Shown here: piece after piece, positions 37,441 through 50,149 of the stretch
Position numbering within the stretch: position 1 is the stretch's first letter
How the letters are laid out: every line of letters starts with the position of its first letter
Assembly (NCBI GenBank): GCA_044892505.1
Contig: CM097882.1
Location: 44,268,001-44,332,000, forward strand
Source: Schmidtea nova
Lineage: Eukaryota
Length of the DNA: 64,000 bases
Direction of reading: 5' to 3'
Made by a program: the position numbers and the translations under genes
Notes under the pieces: generated by a model
Seen by the model: the letters and a program-made list of their open reading frames with translations, nothing else
The model's database searches: none
Told to the model about the DNA's origin: nothing

Positions 37441-40124
37441 TTAAATATTATATTTATTTTTATTGGGGATTGGGATGGTCGTCCATCATGCCTGACGATC
37501 ATCCCACTCCTCGTTCTTTGATAATTTGTTATTTATTATTTTATGGATTTATATATTGTTATTATGAAATTATTAAAATATTAATTCTTGTTAAAATTTT
37601 TCTTGTTATTATTATCGTAATAAGACATAAATTCCCTACCTAATGATTAGTTTACAAGCAGTTATTTGAATAAAATTATCGAAAATAAGTAAAGAAATTT
37701 TTTTTTCCCATATCTTCTGACGATCCGTCCAGCCTTAGTTGTGCGGATCTGTTAGTAGCCTGGGTGGATCGTTGTCTGATTGGTAATCGGCCAGCCCATA
37801 TTTCCACTTTAAGGTGAGGCTCATACATCCATAATCACGTCATCCCAACTGGGGAATCGTGGTATGGCCAAGAGCAAGGATTTGTTATACTAATGATTTT
37901 TATTATAATAAAGTAGCATATTTTTATTATCTACATAAGCACTTTCGTAATACAACATAAAATCTTCTAATTCATGTCTTGAAATCTAAAATAGGAAATA
38001 TTACTGATCAAAAATCGACTCGTACTCGCCTTCACCTTCACACTCTCAACGACGGTCATCTTATGAGAAAACGCAAGAAAAAATGGATGCTAATGATGAA
38101 AAGAAAATTGTTCGAAAAAATGCCCAAGACTAGAATAATGCTCACGAAATGAAACGAATTGTGAAACAAGTATTGATTTGATCTGAATTAAACTCATTAT
38201 TGTCTAAATAAGTTTTTCCTGTGAACCTCGTTTTCGAGAGCCTGAAATTCCTAAGTGAAGCGTCCCGAAAAATTCGCGCGCACTTTAATTGGGAAATTCA
38301 TGCTCAACAAAACCGAAATTCATTTCGCTCGATATCGAAAAATATTCTTTGAAGAATTTATAATTTATGATTTTTATTTTTATTCAGTGTATAAAACTTT
38401 TTAGGTTGAATGCTTATTTGGATTTCGAAATTTATGGATAAAAATTTATTATCATTTCATTTTGATCAGGAATAAAAATTTGCTTTTTATTATGCTGAAA
38501 AGATTTATAATGAAAAAATTGTAAACCAAAAATTTTCCTAATATTGTTATTATATAAAAGATTTTATCCTTTCATAAAATTCCAGAGAATCGCAAATCAA
38601 AAGATATATTAAACCCCATAAAAATTCTTTAGATCGGAATTTTATTTTTATATTGAAAACTCTTATCATTTTATAAAAATCTGAATTTGAAATTTTATAG
38701 AAAATTTTTTGGTTAATATATATATTCTAAAAATATAAAAAGTTAAATTCAAAAACCTATCTTATAAAAATTAAAAATTTTATCATTAGTAAATTTTTCA
38801 TAAAACTATAAATTAAAAATTCATAAAAAGCATTATAAAAATTATTATTATTATTTTAATTTAAAATTATTATTATTATTTTAAAATTATTTTATATAAT
38901 TTATAATATAACTACCCCCACGATATCTTAAAAATAATGATACATCACTCATTGCAAAAAATCACACCCTTTTCACTCAATAGCATCATCCATACTAATA
39001 TACAAGCAACATACATATAAAACACAATATACACACATGCACGGTGTCATTCAATAACATTCAACAATCACATACACACCAACCAACCATACCAAAAATT
39101 CCACACAGACATGCTAGTTAGAATCATACATCTAACCACACTCACAAGCACTCAATTGTTTTCAGTCACCCATCATAGAATCGCACGCAAACACGATAAC
39201 AATGAAATCAGTCAACCTATAATAATATTATATACAATCATTCCATCATCACAACATACTACCTGCTATATAAAAATTTCATCATAAAACAAAATGACAT
39301 ACCAACTTGGAAATTCCCCTGAATATTACCATCATTGATCCACATTCATGAAGAAACTCCCATCTAAATTCCCAACCCCTTTTATTCACCAGCCTCACCT
39401 TATTACTATGATCAGAAATCTACCACCCCATAATATATTTCCTAGCACTCATCACTACCTTACTTACGGCATCTTACATCTAAATTATTTGTTTTGCGTT
39501 TTAAAAATTTCTCAGCCACATCCACGCATAACTGCATACATCCACGATCTTCATAAATTATAAAATTATAACCTCAATCAACCACATTCGGAAAATCTTT
39601 GAATATCAATAAAGTAAGAGAAACAAAAACATATATTTTATTAAAATACAAATTGATCACCCATATAACATTTAAATCTAGGAAATATTACGTTTAACCT
39701 AAGGGGTAAATGGCATAATAACTCAGGAGCTCTCTTGCACAAGCCTCAACGATAAAATAAATAAAATTGGGCAAGTAAAGCCAGATTTCCACACCACAAA
39801 ACATGATAATAGAATTACAAATTGTTGGAATAAATTTCGACACATTGGGTCATGATCTCCAATCTTCGATGCCCAGAGTTTGTAGAGGGTGATCTTGCGG
39901 TGAAAAATGACAAAATTTACCTGAAAAGATAAATCAAAAAATAGAACATCTCCTTCAAAATGAATATTACCGATTTTTTTTTGTTTGTTCGGGAAATTTC
40001 CTATTGAACTCTGTTATAATTACTATTATACTCCGGATCTCTAAAATGGCTAATTGAGAAAAATTTTATAAAAAACCCGAACTTACCGTTAAGACCACAT
40101 CCGGATTTTTGTTTTTGTAAATGG

Positions 40125-40160
<36 letters not shown>

Positions 40161-40511
40161 GAGTATATATACATTAATTGTATTATATATATGTATATTT
40201 GAATTATATTCGTTTTAAATATATTTATTAACAGACTTAAACAAGGAGTTTAAGATTTGTTAATTTAGTAATAAACTGGCCAAATGAAGAATTAAATTCA
40301 AACTTTTCGATGCATAATTAAGATTCATTCTTAAAAAATTGTGTTATTTATTATTTATCCTAAAATTACAATATTAGAAAATTTAAGGTTTATTAGTGTT
40401 TTCGAATGTTCGGAATAATTTATTTGTATTTATAATTATGTAAAATATTTATGTAAATTTCTGATAAAATTTGTATTGAAAGCTTATAAGTAAATCATGT
40501 AAGGAGGGACA

Positions 40512-40740
40512 AAACGGGCAATAAACCTTCCATCGGTAGCCCTTGGACCCAGGAGATATTCGGTCAATCATAGTTTCGTATTGACGACGCTCACTGATTG
40601 CGAATACCCACCCACTTGTTACAGTACCAACGTTACATAGTGACGGTTAACAAGGTGGTAATTTCAATGTTTTATGTGTTGAGTTGTTGATGAGAGCCAT
40701 AGAAACGTCAAGGTCATATTGACGATCAACAACCCACCAC
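40512..40740. repeat. Family C dispersed repeat copy
   Basis: Homologous to 25-228 and 17715-17941. Confidence 0.85.
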
Positions 40741-40899
40741 ATTGCATTTTGATATGACTTCAAAATTATTTTCTGCAATTCCTTGAATTTATCCAGACGA
40801 TCGTCATCCTTGTTAAAGTTACAATCTACTTGTTTTGAATGTCTTTAGAGTCTGTTATTATTTAGTTTGTTATGTTGGACGTTTTATTATAATTAGATA

Positions 40900-41650
40900 T
40901 ACCTATATGTGGTTAATATATGTGTTTTTTACTGTTTATATGGTATGCGTAAGTGTGTACAAAGAGAAATGTAAGCGCCCGAGAGAGTCTTACGGTAATT
41001 GTGTGTAGACACTCGGGGTGTATGCTATGTGATGCAAAAACAGTAAAAACAAAATAATAAAACAAAGAAATTATTATCACAATAAAAGTTTTAACAATTA
41101 TTTTAATTACAAGCAACAAAAATTATAATATGATACTCACTAACTAGGATATTGTCCGATTTTTCGGATATAGATATCTTCGTTCTATTGCTATTTTTAT
41201 TTCTTATAATTAGTTAATTTTCTTAGTCCTTTTTGATTGTCTCTAATTTCTTTTGTCGCTATAAACTTTCACTTTTTTATTGTTGCTTCTTTGGTTTTGT
41301 CGTTCAAAGATCCTTGTATAGTAATTTTATATTTGATTGAAATTTTTCCTTGGTAATTTTCTTTTGATTCTGTTTAAGATCTATTATAATTTGAGTTTTT
41401 TACTAGATCATTTCCTTGGATTTTATTTCTATATTTGTCATCGATATTTTTATATTTATAAAAAAAAATCTTTAATCTTTATTTGTCATTAGCTTATTAT
41501 AGTTTATTACTATAGTAAGCTACTGGATTCAAATTTACAATTTGAATCTTGATAATTAAATTTTAATTAAGAGGTTATTTACAATTACCACCATAATAGT
41601 AATAAAAATTAGCAAAATAAAAAGGGGGGTCTCTATACCCTCAATAACAT
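40900..41650 (-). mobile_element. Solo LTR (family A) nested in the piggyBac
   Basis: CCCGAGAGAGTC...GACACTCGGGGTGTATG motif; TACTCAC; hairpin at 41490-41522; AAAAAGGGGGG tract. Confidence 0.7.
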
Positions 41651-42724
41651 TAAAAAATAATAAATTTCAATAAAACATAACTATTACAATCCTCTTCGGT
41701 ATTATCGTCACTCATATGAAAGCTGAAGCATCTCAAAATTTGCTCGAAACGTCGTCCAGACATCGTCGCACCAAAAATTGGATGGTAATATAATGGATCC
41801 TTTGAGAATAGGCTCCTCGATGATGGAAACGACAATTGCCCCTGTAGAAGGCAAAGACCCAAAAAATTTTTCATTTCCATCATACTGACTTCTTTGAAAA
41901 TACGCGATCTACTGTGTCGTGTTTGAGGAGGAGACTTATTCGACATGCTTGTTCCATAGCTATTCGTTGAAGAAAGAATCAAATTCATTATGTCCTCGTT
42001 ACACAATTTTTCAAAAACTGTAAATGGTGAAGGATTTTCTCCAAAATCAATTTTAACTCCACTTTGTGTTTCATCAAATGAATAATTAGGGATATATCTG
42101 TGTAATTGTGGTACCAATCAGTATCATCATTCTCATACACATTTACTGGAATGTTCTCAGGAACTAATTCGTCCTCACTTTCACTCCTACTACTATTAAC
42201 TTCAAAACTACACTCGTATTCAGTGTCTGATTCACTGAAATCCAACTCTTCGTCCAACATTTCACGTATATTGGGCTATCAATTTCAGATAATAAATAAA
42301 AGAAAGTTGATTAGCAAAACACACGAAACGCAAAAATTTTAAAATACCGAACACAAACTAATACTGAGGTATCATGTAGGTAGGTCACTGAAGTGAGTCA
42401 TCTTCAAGCCATGTTATTACCGTGTGTTTTGACGCCAAATGAATTCAAACCGTGTTCGTTGTATTTCTGTAGGGACACACGAATGCTACATGTATGCAAG
42501 TTCTAACAAAAATAGCCGTTTCGTCCCTAGTGATAACGTTTTATCATGACGACTATTACTGTTTCATCCCGTCTTAGACAAGCTCCTAGAGCGGCTATAA
42601 CCGTTTCGTCCGCGAACGTGTTAAGTAACGATATAATAAATTGAGATTGATTCATGTTAATAATTATGGACAGTATTTATAAATATATCTTAGTTTATAT
42701 CAATGACAAACAAACATTTAATTC

Positions 42725-42727
<3 letters not shown>

Positions 42728-42772
<45 letters not shown>
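42728..42772. repeat. (TAA)n microsatellite
   Basis: Direct inspection; similar (TA)n tracts at ~9459-9527, ~24758-24787 and ~40124-40150. Confidence 0.9.
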
Positions 42773-42773
<1 letters not shown>

Positions 42774-43462
42774 TTATTTGGCATGCAATTCAAGTGTATT
42801 GTAAATGCAATCCAAATGTAAATAAAGTTCTGTGTTAAACGGGCATAGAAAAATTTTCGAAAAAATCTACGACTCATTAAGGAAATTTTTTATTCGATTT
42901 CTGGAAAAATTAAAAAAATTCATTAGGGGGGGGTACCGAAAAGATGATATTTTGGACATGAACAATTTGGCACTTTATAGAACAAAGACCATGAGTCATA
43001 CAAACTCGGATGACGCATCATTTTGAAGCATGACTCACCCTCTACAAAATGCATAACTCACATTGATGACTCATCGCTTCACGGAGCCAATGAGCACCCT
43101 TCTCACTACTGTATTATATTGATTTTTCGTTAAAATTACATCATATGAGGTTGAGCGCTGAAGATTGCTTTGCAAATTTAATGTTTCTTGGAACGAAATA
43201 AAACCACAGTGGCATTGTGCAAGCAAAGTTTATCATCTTCTTCCTCTCTGGCATCAATAAGTTCTACTCAATATTAACTTAAAATTCCAACAATCAATCA
43301 ATCAACATCATCTGGAACAATCATTGAATTGTATAAAAATTTTATTCTTTGTACTGACTGTTGTGTGAAACATTATTTTGTACTTGAAATGTGAAATATT
43401 TGTAATGTATGGAAAATATTATTTTGTTTTTGTGTTGTTGTTGTGAAATTGTAATTAAATAT

Positions 43463-43919
43463 GTGTTGTAGAAGATGATGTAGAGCACAATAGAGTCTCG
43501 TTTAAAAATCACCGTGTAGGGACAGTTGGGGTGCTTGTTGTTTAAGAGTGTAAGTGAATGCGTTTAGTGTTCGGGGTAACAAAGAAATAAACGAAAACAA
43601 CTTTTAAAAATAACAAATTTTATTTAATTAAAGATAACCAAGCAAATATCACTCACAGTAAATAGATAAGTTTATAATCTTCTATACTTCCAGTTTCATT
43701 GTTTTGCAGTCATCTTTGCTTTCCTTTGTTGTCAATCAATTTTTTTAAATTCAAATTTTCAATTTTTTGTTTAATTATTTTTTGCAATTCCTGTAGTTAT
43801 TGCTTAACTACAGGAATTGATTTTTTTTCCTACCATTTAAATTTAATTATTATTTCTTCATTATCACATTATAATTATTAAAAACAATAAAATTGCAAAA
43901 TATCACTTGCACCACCAAC
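43463..43919 (-). mobile_element. Family A LTR copy interrupted by the hAT element (remainder at ~47324-47460)
   Basis: AGAGTC...GGGACAGTTGGGGTG motif; CACTCAC; AGGGGG tract resumes after the hAT TSD. Confidence 0.55.
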
Positions 43920-46900
43920 TAGGGCCGGCCCAAGCTCTTATGGCGCCCTAGGCCAAGGGTCTAAATCTCGCCCCATAAGTTTTAACAAACAAAAAAAAGA
44001 ATCAACTAAAAATTTTTTATTTTGTTTAACCTAAATTATGAATTATTAAAAAAATATTTTTATATCTTAAAAAATATTTTATTTTTATATTAAATTTAAT
44101 ACAAAACTTTCTTGATACCAATATGTATAAAACTTTTCTTTCTGGATAATGTTGCAGGATTTTTTTATCTACGAAAAAAGATAGATTTTATTTTTACTTA
44201 CATAAAAACGTTTTTCCGAGCTTTTATGGCTGCAAAATTGTTTATAAGATCATCCAGTTCCAATTTTCTTACTATATCGCGTTCGATGGAAAGAGTAGCT
44301 AAACCATCAAGGCAATCTTTGAGCATTGTAGAGCGCAAATAAGTTTTTATTAATTTAAGCTTAGAAAAGCTTCCATCTGCACTCGCTACAGTTATTGGCA
44401 ATGTTATTATGATTCGCAATGCAATATATATATATATATATATTTTTGGCAAGGCGGTTGTTAAATTATTCTCTAGCAAATAGTTTTGAATTGAAGTAGG
44501 AGAATCACAACAATCTTCAGACAAATGATTTTTGATGTATTTATTCGTCAAACAAATCCAAGCCGGAAATATCCTTTTGATCACTGTCAGTTAGGAGAAC
44601 TTCTAAATCCATACAATATTTCCGTATGTCATCATCCGTTATATTAGTGATATTGCCAAAGTTATATAGTAATTCGAATTTATTGTTATGTTCCTGAATT
44701 AGTTGAAAGCGATCACGTAATGATTGTATCGCGTTGTCCAATATATTGTTAGAGAAATTAACTTTAAAGTTTTGTATAGGGTCATCAAATACTTCATCAC
44801 GTTGTTCGTAATCAAATTGTCTTCTTTGACGGCAGACTCGTGCGCGTTCAAATTGTACATCAATATCTAAGTCAATTGCAATTATTTTAGCCTCCTCCAA
44901 AATACAATCAAATTTTGCATATGTTTTATAGTCTTCCAGGAACACCATGCTATTTGATAACAACGTTACTGCTTGGCTCAGGTTTAAACCAACTGCTTGA
45001 AATGCTTTGCTAGTTACATTTATATCAAAGAAAATATCATACCATACAATTAAAGAGCAGATAAATTTATATTTTTCAATTTTTTGCAATAGAGCTGTGG
45101 CTTCTGACTTGTTCCTCGCTTCTGTGACTGTGGTAATATTAGGTTGCCCATCCTCATTCATACAATCTAACAGAGCCGCAATAACTTCTTTGAGGTGATA
45201 TCGTAGAGGCTTTAAAGCATCAATTCGACTGGCCCATCTAGTTTCACTTAAACTTTTCAACGTAAAACCAGTAATATGTTTTTTAATAAAGCCCAGTGTT
45301 GAGTTGAAGATGAGAAAAAACATACAAATGCTGAATGATATCAAAAAAGTTATACTTTCAACACAACAGCTGGCAGAATCATTCACCACTAAATTTAGGG
45401 TATGTGCACTGCAAGGAACAAAAAAGCACTTGGGTTTAAATTAAGAATTCTAATTTGGACACCGCTATGTCGTCTGCGCATATTAAAGCCGTTATCATAA
45501 CTTTGACCTCTCATATTAGCCACTGACAAGTTATTTGACTCTAATACTTCTATAATCTTATCTGTAATTCCAGCTCCAGAACTATTATCAATTTCAATGA
45601 AACTTAAGAAATGCTCATGCACCTCAATGTGTTTTTCATCACCACTTGGACATACCACTCGGACAATTAATGACATGCTCAATATTGGAAACATCTGGAG
45701 TACAATCAATGATTATTGAATAATATTTATTCAGTTTCATTAAGTTCGTAATATTTTCTTTGACTGCAGAATTTAACAACGTAATAATTTCATTTTGAAT
45801 TCTTTTGCCAAAGTAATGTACGTGTAATTCTTTATTTTTTATTTGACGTACGTGTTCTTTCAAGATTGAGTCGAATTTGGCTATAAGCTCCACAATTTCC
45901 ATTGTTATCTTCATATAACTTATCAGATGTTCCTCTCAAAGCAAGGTTCTGTGACCCGTGTAACTTAATGATTTTAAATAATCTCTCCAAAACATTTCGC
46001 CAACGTATTGTATTTTCACTCACGAGTTTTTTATTAAATGAGTCAATAGTTTTTCCTTCATTCAATCTTCTGACCTAGTCATTTTATGTTGATATACATT
46101 TTAAGTGTTCAATTGTTTTTTCATGCTCTTTTAAGCTGGCTGACACGTTTTTTCAATTATTCAATACATTAACAGTTGGGAGATTTCTTTCTTAGAAAAA
46201 TGCTTGCATGTAAAACAGAAAACAGCATCATTAGATTTTGAATAAACCAACCACTTTCGTTGAATCTCTTCACCGTTAGGAGATGTTCGATAATAGTTTG
46301 TTGAACAAAACTTCCGTCTTCTTCCTTCCTTTTCTTGAACAGTTAATGGAAAATCAAAATTAATTATTTGCTCTGGTCCACGTATTACAAGTAAATCGAT
46401 ATTTGGGCCAATATTTTGCTGCCATTTCCCAATATCGGACAAATAGTCTTGGATACTTGGAACAACATCTAAAGAATTATGTTCGGAATTTATCGTTTCC
46501 GAATGAAAATTTATGTCAAATGTGTCATCAATTCTATGATCTGATTCAAGATCAGGTTCTGGATTGGAACAATATTCTTCAACGTCCAATGATTTCGATG
46601 AACTTATCAGATCTGTATCTGTGCAGGTAGACTCTGTCTCAATATTTTGGAGCTCATTTTCCGATTCTGAATCGTCACTTTGACGATCAACATTTTCAGA
46701 TTTAAAAAAAGAAATCTTTTGACATTTTTGTATTTGCTTTTCCTGCTCTGCTTTTCTTTTTCTACCTTGGTAGACACTTAGTTTTTTTGGAGGCATTATT
46801 ATGGGTTAAATATAAAGCCTAACAATGTAGAAAAACGAAAGATTAGAACGCTTATATTAAAACAAGGATTTATATCCTATTATAGATATTCATTGATATT

Positions 46901-47323
46901 CATTCATCAATACATACAACATACATATTCTTTTTACCGCTGCAACTTTGATTGAATTTTCAAAACACTGAACTTTAATTTTAAAATCACTGACCACTAC
47001 TTACTTTGAAAACTGTAACACTAAATATTATTTTAAAAGTTTAATACTTGTATAGGTAGTGTTACAATAATATTTATTGTTGCTATGACTACCAACTATA
47101 TCTGTGATTAATACGCAGAATATTTTTAAAAATGTAATAATTTACTTCTTATTTTAAATAAACGCAATTTTTTCATTGCGTACTATAATTTTAATTTACT
47201 ATTAAGTCTTATAAGCCATAATATCTTGCGAAGGATTGATTTAATTGTTTTCATATATGGCGCCCCTACCAGCCAAGCGCCACAAGCCATGGCCTTACTG
47301 GCTCGACTCTAGGGCCGGCCCTG
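43920..47323 (-). mobile_element. hAT transposon (ZMYM1-like transposase with TTF zinc finger), frameshifted, ends intact
   Basis: TIR (T/C)AGGGCCGGCCC; 8-bp TSD CCACCAAC at 43912-43919 and 47324-47331. ORFs: WLVYSKSNDAVFCFTCKHF, YYSIIIDCTPDVS, GQSYDNG, LSETRWASR, LPITVASADGSFSKLKLIKTYLRSTM. Confidence 0.95.
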
Positions 47324-48237
47324 CCACCAACAGGGGGAAACTCCATATAGGGAACTTAGAAAATATAATCGAAGCACATAAAATTATCTTATATGTATAT
47401 ATATATATAATGAAATACTGAGTAAAGCTGCATTACATAGTTAATAATAATTTATTATACTACTTATTTTTAAAAGTATTATATTATTCAATTATATTAG
47501 TCAATTATTTTGCAACTAGCCGTAATAATAATTATAACAATTATTATTATGATTATTATTATTATTATTATACTATATAATAATGAAATACTGAGTAATG
47601 CTGCATTACATAGATACAATAAAAGTAATGCAAAATGATTATATGCTAAAAAAGAAAACTATACGTTTGTTTTGTTTTGTTTTGTTTTGTATTATTATTA
47701 TTATTATTGTTGTTGTATTTTATTTGTTCTTTAATATTTTTTATTATCAATGAATTTGACATCTTTTTACTTTTATTGTATCTATGTTTACTCAACTAAT
47801 AATTGGACGTCCATATTTTATCCATAATCATTGCTGTTAGAATATGCGAGTAATTTTTAATTGATTGCTAATTTATTTTTCATTCATCGTTTTGTATTTT
47901 GTTTGTTTGATTGTGCTTTTTTGATCGACGGATTTAGTTCGCCTTTTTGAGATTCACTAAATCTTCGCTCATTTAGTAAACTTAGTTTCTTCTGTTTTAT
48001 GGTGATAATGGAAAAGGATCGTTTAGAGAAAAAACCTCGACAAAACAGAGAGCGTATGGTCGCGCCCGCTCTTAAAATATTTTTAAAATTAATTAAATAA
48101 TAATTAAAATAATTAATTGGGTGCTTGATCGCTGTGAGAGATTGTAGGGCGAGCCTGGAAGCCGTTAAACGGTCTTATCGAAATATATAAATTTTCAAAT
48201 TAATTTAATTAATTTCTCTTCAATAAAATCAACAATC

Positions 48238-48732
48238 ATGAACGAAATTCCTAATTCTTATCCTGACATTGGTAAAAATGAAGCATTAAAATTATCCCTT
48301 GAATTATGCCAGATTTTATTAACCTGTGAAGTGAGAAATGATTTAATTACTCTCCACAAAGCTGGGAAACAATTGACTAGTCTATACTTCGATTGCAAAA
48401 ATCACCGATTAAGCCTATCAGAACAGCTGATAAAAATCGAATTTCTCGAATATGCAGTTAAAACGTTGAAGCAATTGAACAATCTTGGTGTACTCCAAAA
48501 TTATGATATTTGGTTCGCATCGTTTTATTTGTACAATTTATGCTGGAATTATTCTACAATCAATCCGGAATTTGGATCTGTGTTAATGCAAAGTGGAATC
48601 GAATCACTATTAATTTCCAACATTACTCATGATCCTTACATCAATTATTTATCAAAACGGAACGTTAATTACCTGATATCGGCAACATTGAGCATTTCGA
48701 ACTCCTGGCTATCGCTTGTGTTTCTGTATTGA
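48238..48732 (+). CDS. 164-aa helical (ARM/HEAT-like) ORF nested in the WWOX intron, probably a gene fragment
   Basis: Long intronless ORF; LCWNYSTINPEF and HDPY resemble the N-terminal ARM region of invertebrate ARM-TIR-type proteins (from memory, weak); downstream sequence is degraded. Confidence 0.35.
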   Translation: MNEIPNSYPDIGKNEALKLSLELCQILLTCEVRNDLITLHKAGKQLTSLYFDCKNHRLSLSEQLIKIEFLEYAVKTLKQLNNLGVLQNYDIWFASFYLYNLCWNYSTINPEFGSVLMQSGIESLLISNITHDPYINYLSKRNVNYLISATLSISNSWLSLVFLY

Positions 48733-49387
48733 AAATGTCATAAAAGGATCAATAAAAATCTCCAAAAAATCGATGAGAAAATCACAGTTCTATGTACTAT
48801 GTGTTTATAATATATTGCAACAAATGACAACATTAAAACCACATCGGAATTTGATATATATTATAATGTGAAAGTTTTATTTTATTGCATAGATCTTTGG
48901 AAGCCGATGGGAAATATAATAATTATACTATTTATGAATTATTAAAAAACTTAATAATCATTTTTGGAATTATTTTTATTTTAAAGGAATTTTGGAGATT
49001 TTTGATGAAATTGTGATTTTTTTAATTGAAAAAAGATTTTATCGTGATTGTTTATCTGTATTAATTGATTTATGTAGGGAGATTGAATTTTGAATTATTG
49101 GCTTAGTATGAATTTGGGCGGATATGTTTTTTAAAATTTAATGATGGCAGATTTGATTTAATTTCGGCTTTAATGGAATTTTTGGAGTTTATGGCGAATT
49201 GATCAATTTGTATTTGGGACTTTTTGATGAATTTAAATTTGGATTAATTGAAGAAAATATTGGAACTTGAATTAACTTTTAAATTTTGGAATTTGGTCTG
49301 TCGTTGGAATATTATTATTATTATTTTGGAATTGCAATTGAATAAATGTTTTGTGAAGGAGAGTTTTGTTGGTCTTTGCATTTAAAT

Positions 49388-49885
49388 ATGAATAGAGAAA
49401 TGTCTTTGGGTGCATTATTTCAGGTCGAATATGCATTTAAAGCGATTGCGTAAGATGGATTACTTTCTGTTGATGTTCGTGATAATGATTGTGGCGTAGT
49501 TGCTTCACAAAGAGAAGTTCCAGGTAAAATGAACAAACAGAATTCAGCTACAAGATTCTTTAACAATAATGAAAGTACCAGTTGCGTTAGGACCGGAATG
49601 ATTCCTGATTGCGGATCGCAAGTATGCCGTGCACAAATGGAAGCTGTACGATTTAAATGTGAACTGTCCTGTGACAGGATTTGTCAACGTATTGCCGAAA
49701 TTAATCAATTGTACACTCAATCAGCTGCAATGATGCCATTAGGCTGTTCAATCATCGCATTCTCTTACGATAAGGAGATGGATAAGCCACTGTTATTCAA
49801 AACTGACCCCAGCGGATTTGTAGCTGGTCTTTGAGCTGTTGCGGGCGGTGGAAAACAGTTGGAAGCTAAAAGCAATGGAGAAAGG
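49388..49885 (+). pseudogene. PSMA6: Intronless proteasome subunit alpha type-6 pseudogene fragment
   Basis: LFQVEYAFKAI*DGLLSV...TGMIPDCGSQV...RIAEINQLYTQSAAMMPLGC...KTDPSGF. In-frame stops at 49451 and 49832; the KYGY loop is missing. Confidence 0.9.
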
Positions 49886-50149
49886 AAGCACCGAAAGGAA
49901 ATCGGTGGCCAAACCAGCGTATAAGACGTTACCGAGCACGCTTAAGTCAGAATTCTAGAGCAGCTTTTGACATAGATCAGGTTCAACAATCGACAGTAGA
50001 GCCAGAAGATCACCAACTACAATCGCCTATTCGAGAAAGTTTATCAGAAATTCGTACTCTGGATGGTGGAGAAAATAGTGAAAGTCTTTTAGAAAAGAAA
50101 CATCAATTAAATAGAATGCGTTTATAACTTATAACTACAGAGATTGTTT

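Larger units (their letters stand above)
35277..42620 (-). mobile_element. piggyBac (PGBD4-like) transposon split by a ~5-kb nested insertion
   Basis: TTAA + CACGTTCGCGG at the left; CCGCGAACGTG + TTAA at the right. Transposase N-half at 41690-42260 (MSGRRFEQILRCF); C-half at 35560-36620 (LSLDES, LYMDNFY, MSGVDRCDQ, C-terminal Cys-rich domain). Confidence 0.88.
25108..43110. mobile_element. Decayed Polinton/Maverick (adintovirus-like) with nested insertions; boundaries inferred
   Basis: Contains capsid, protease and pPolB genes. 25108-25300 is homologous in two blocks to the reverse complement of 42845-43000; the right end reads CTCACTACT (AGTAGT terminus) at 43110. The outer part of the left TIR is missing. 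Confidence 0.55.
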
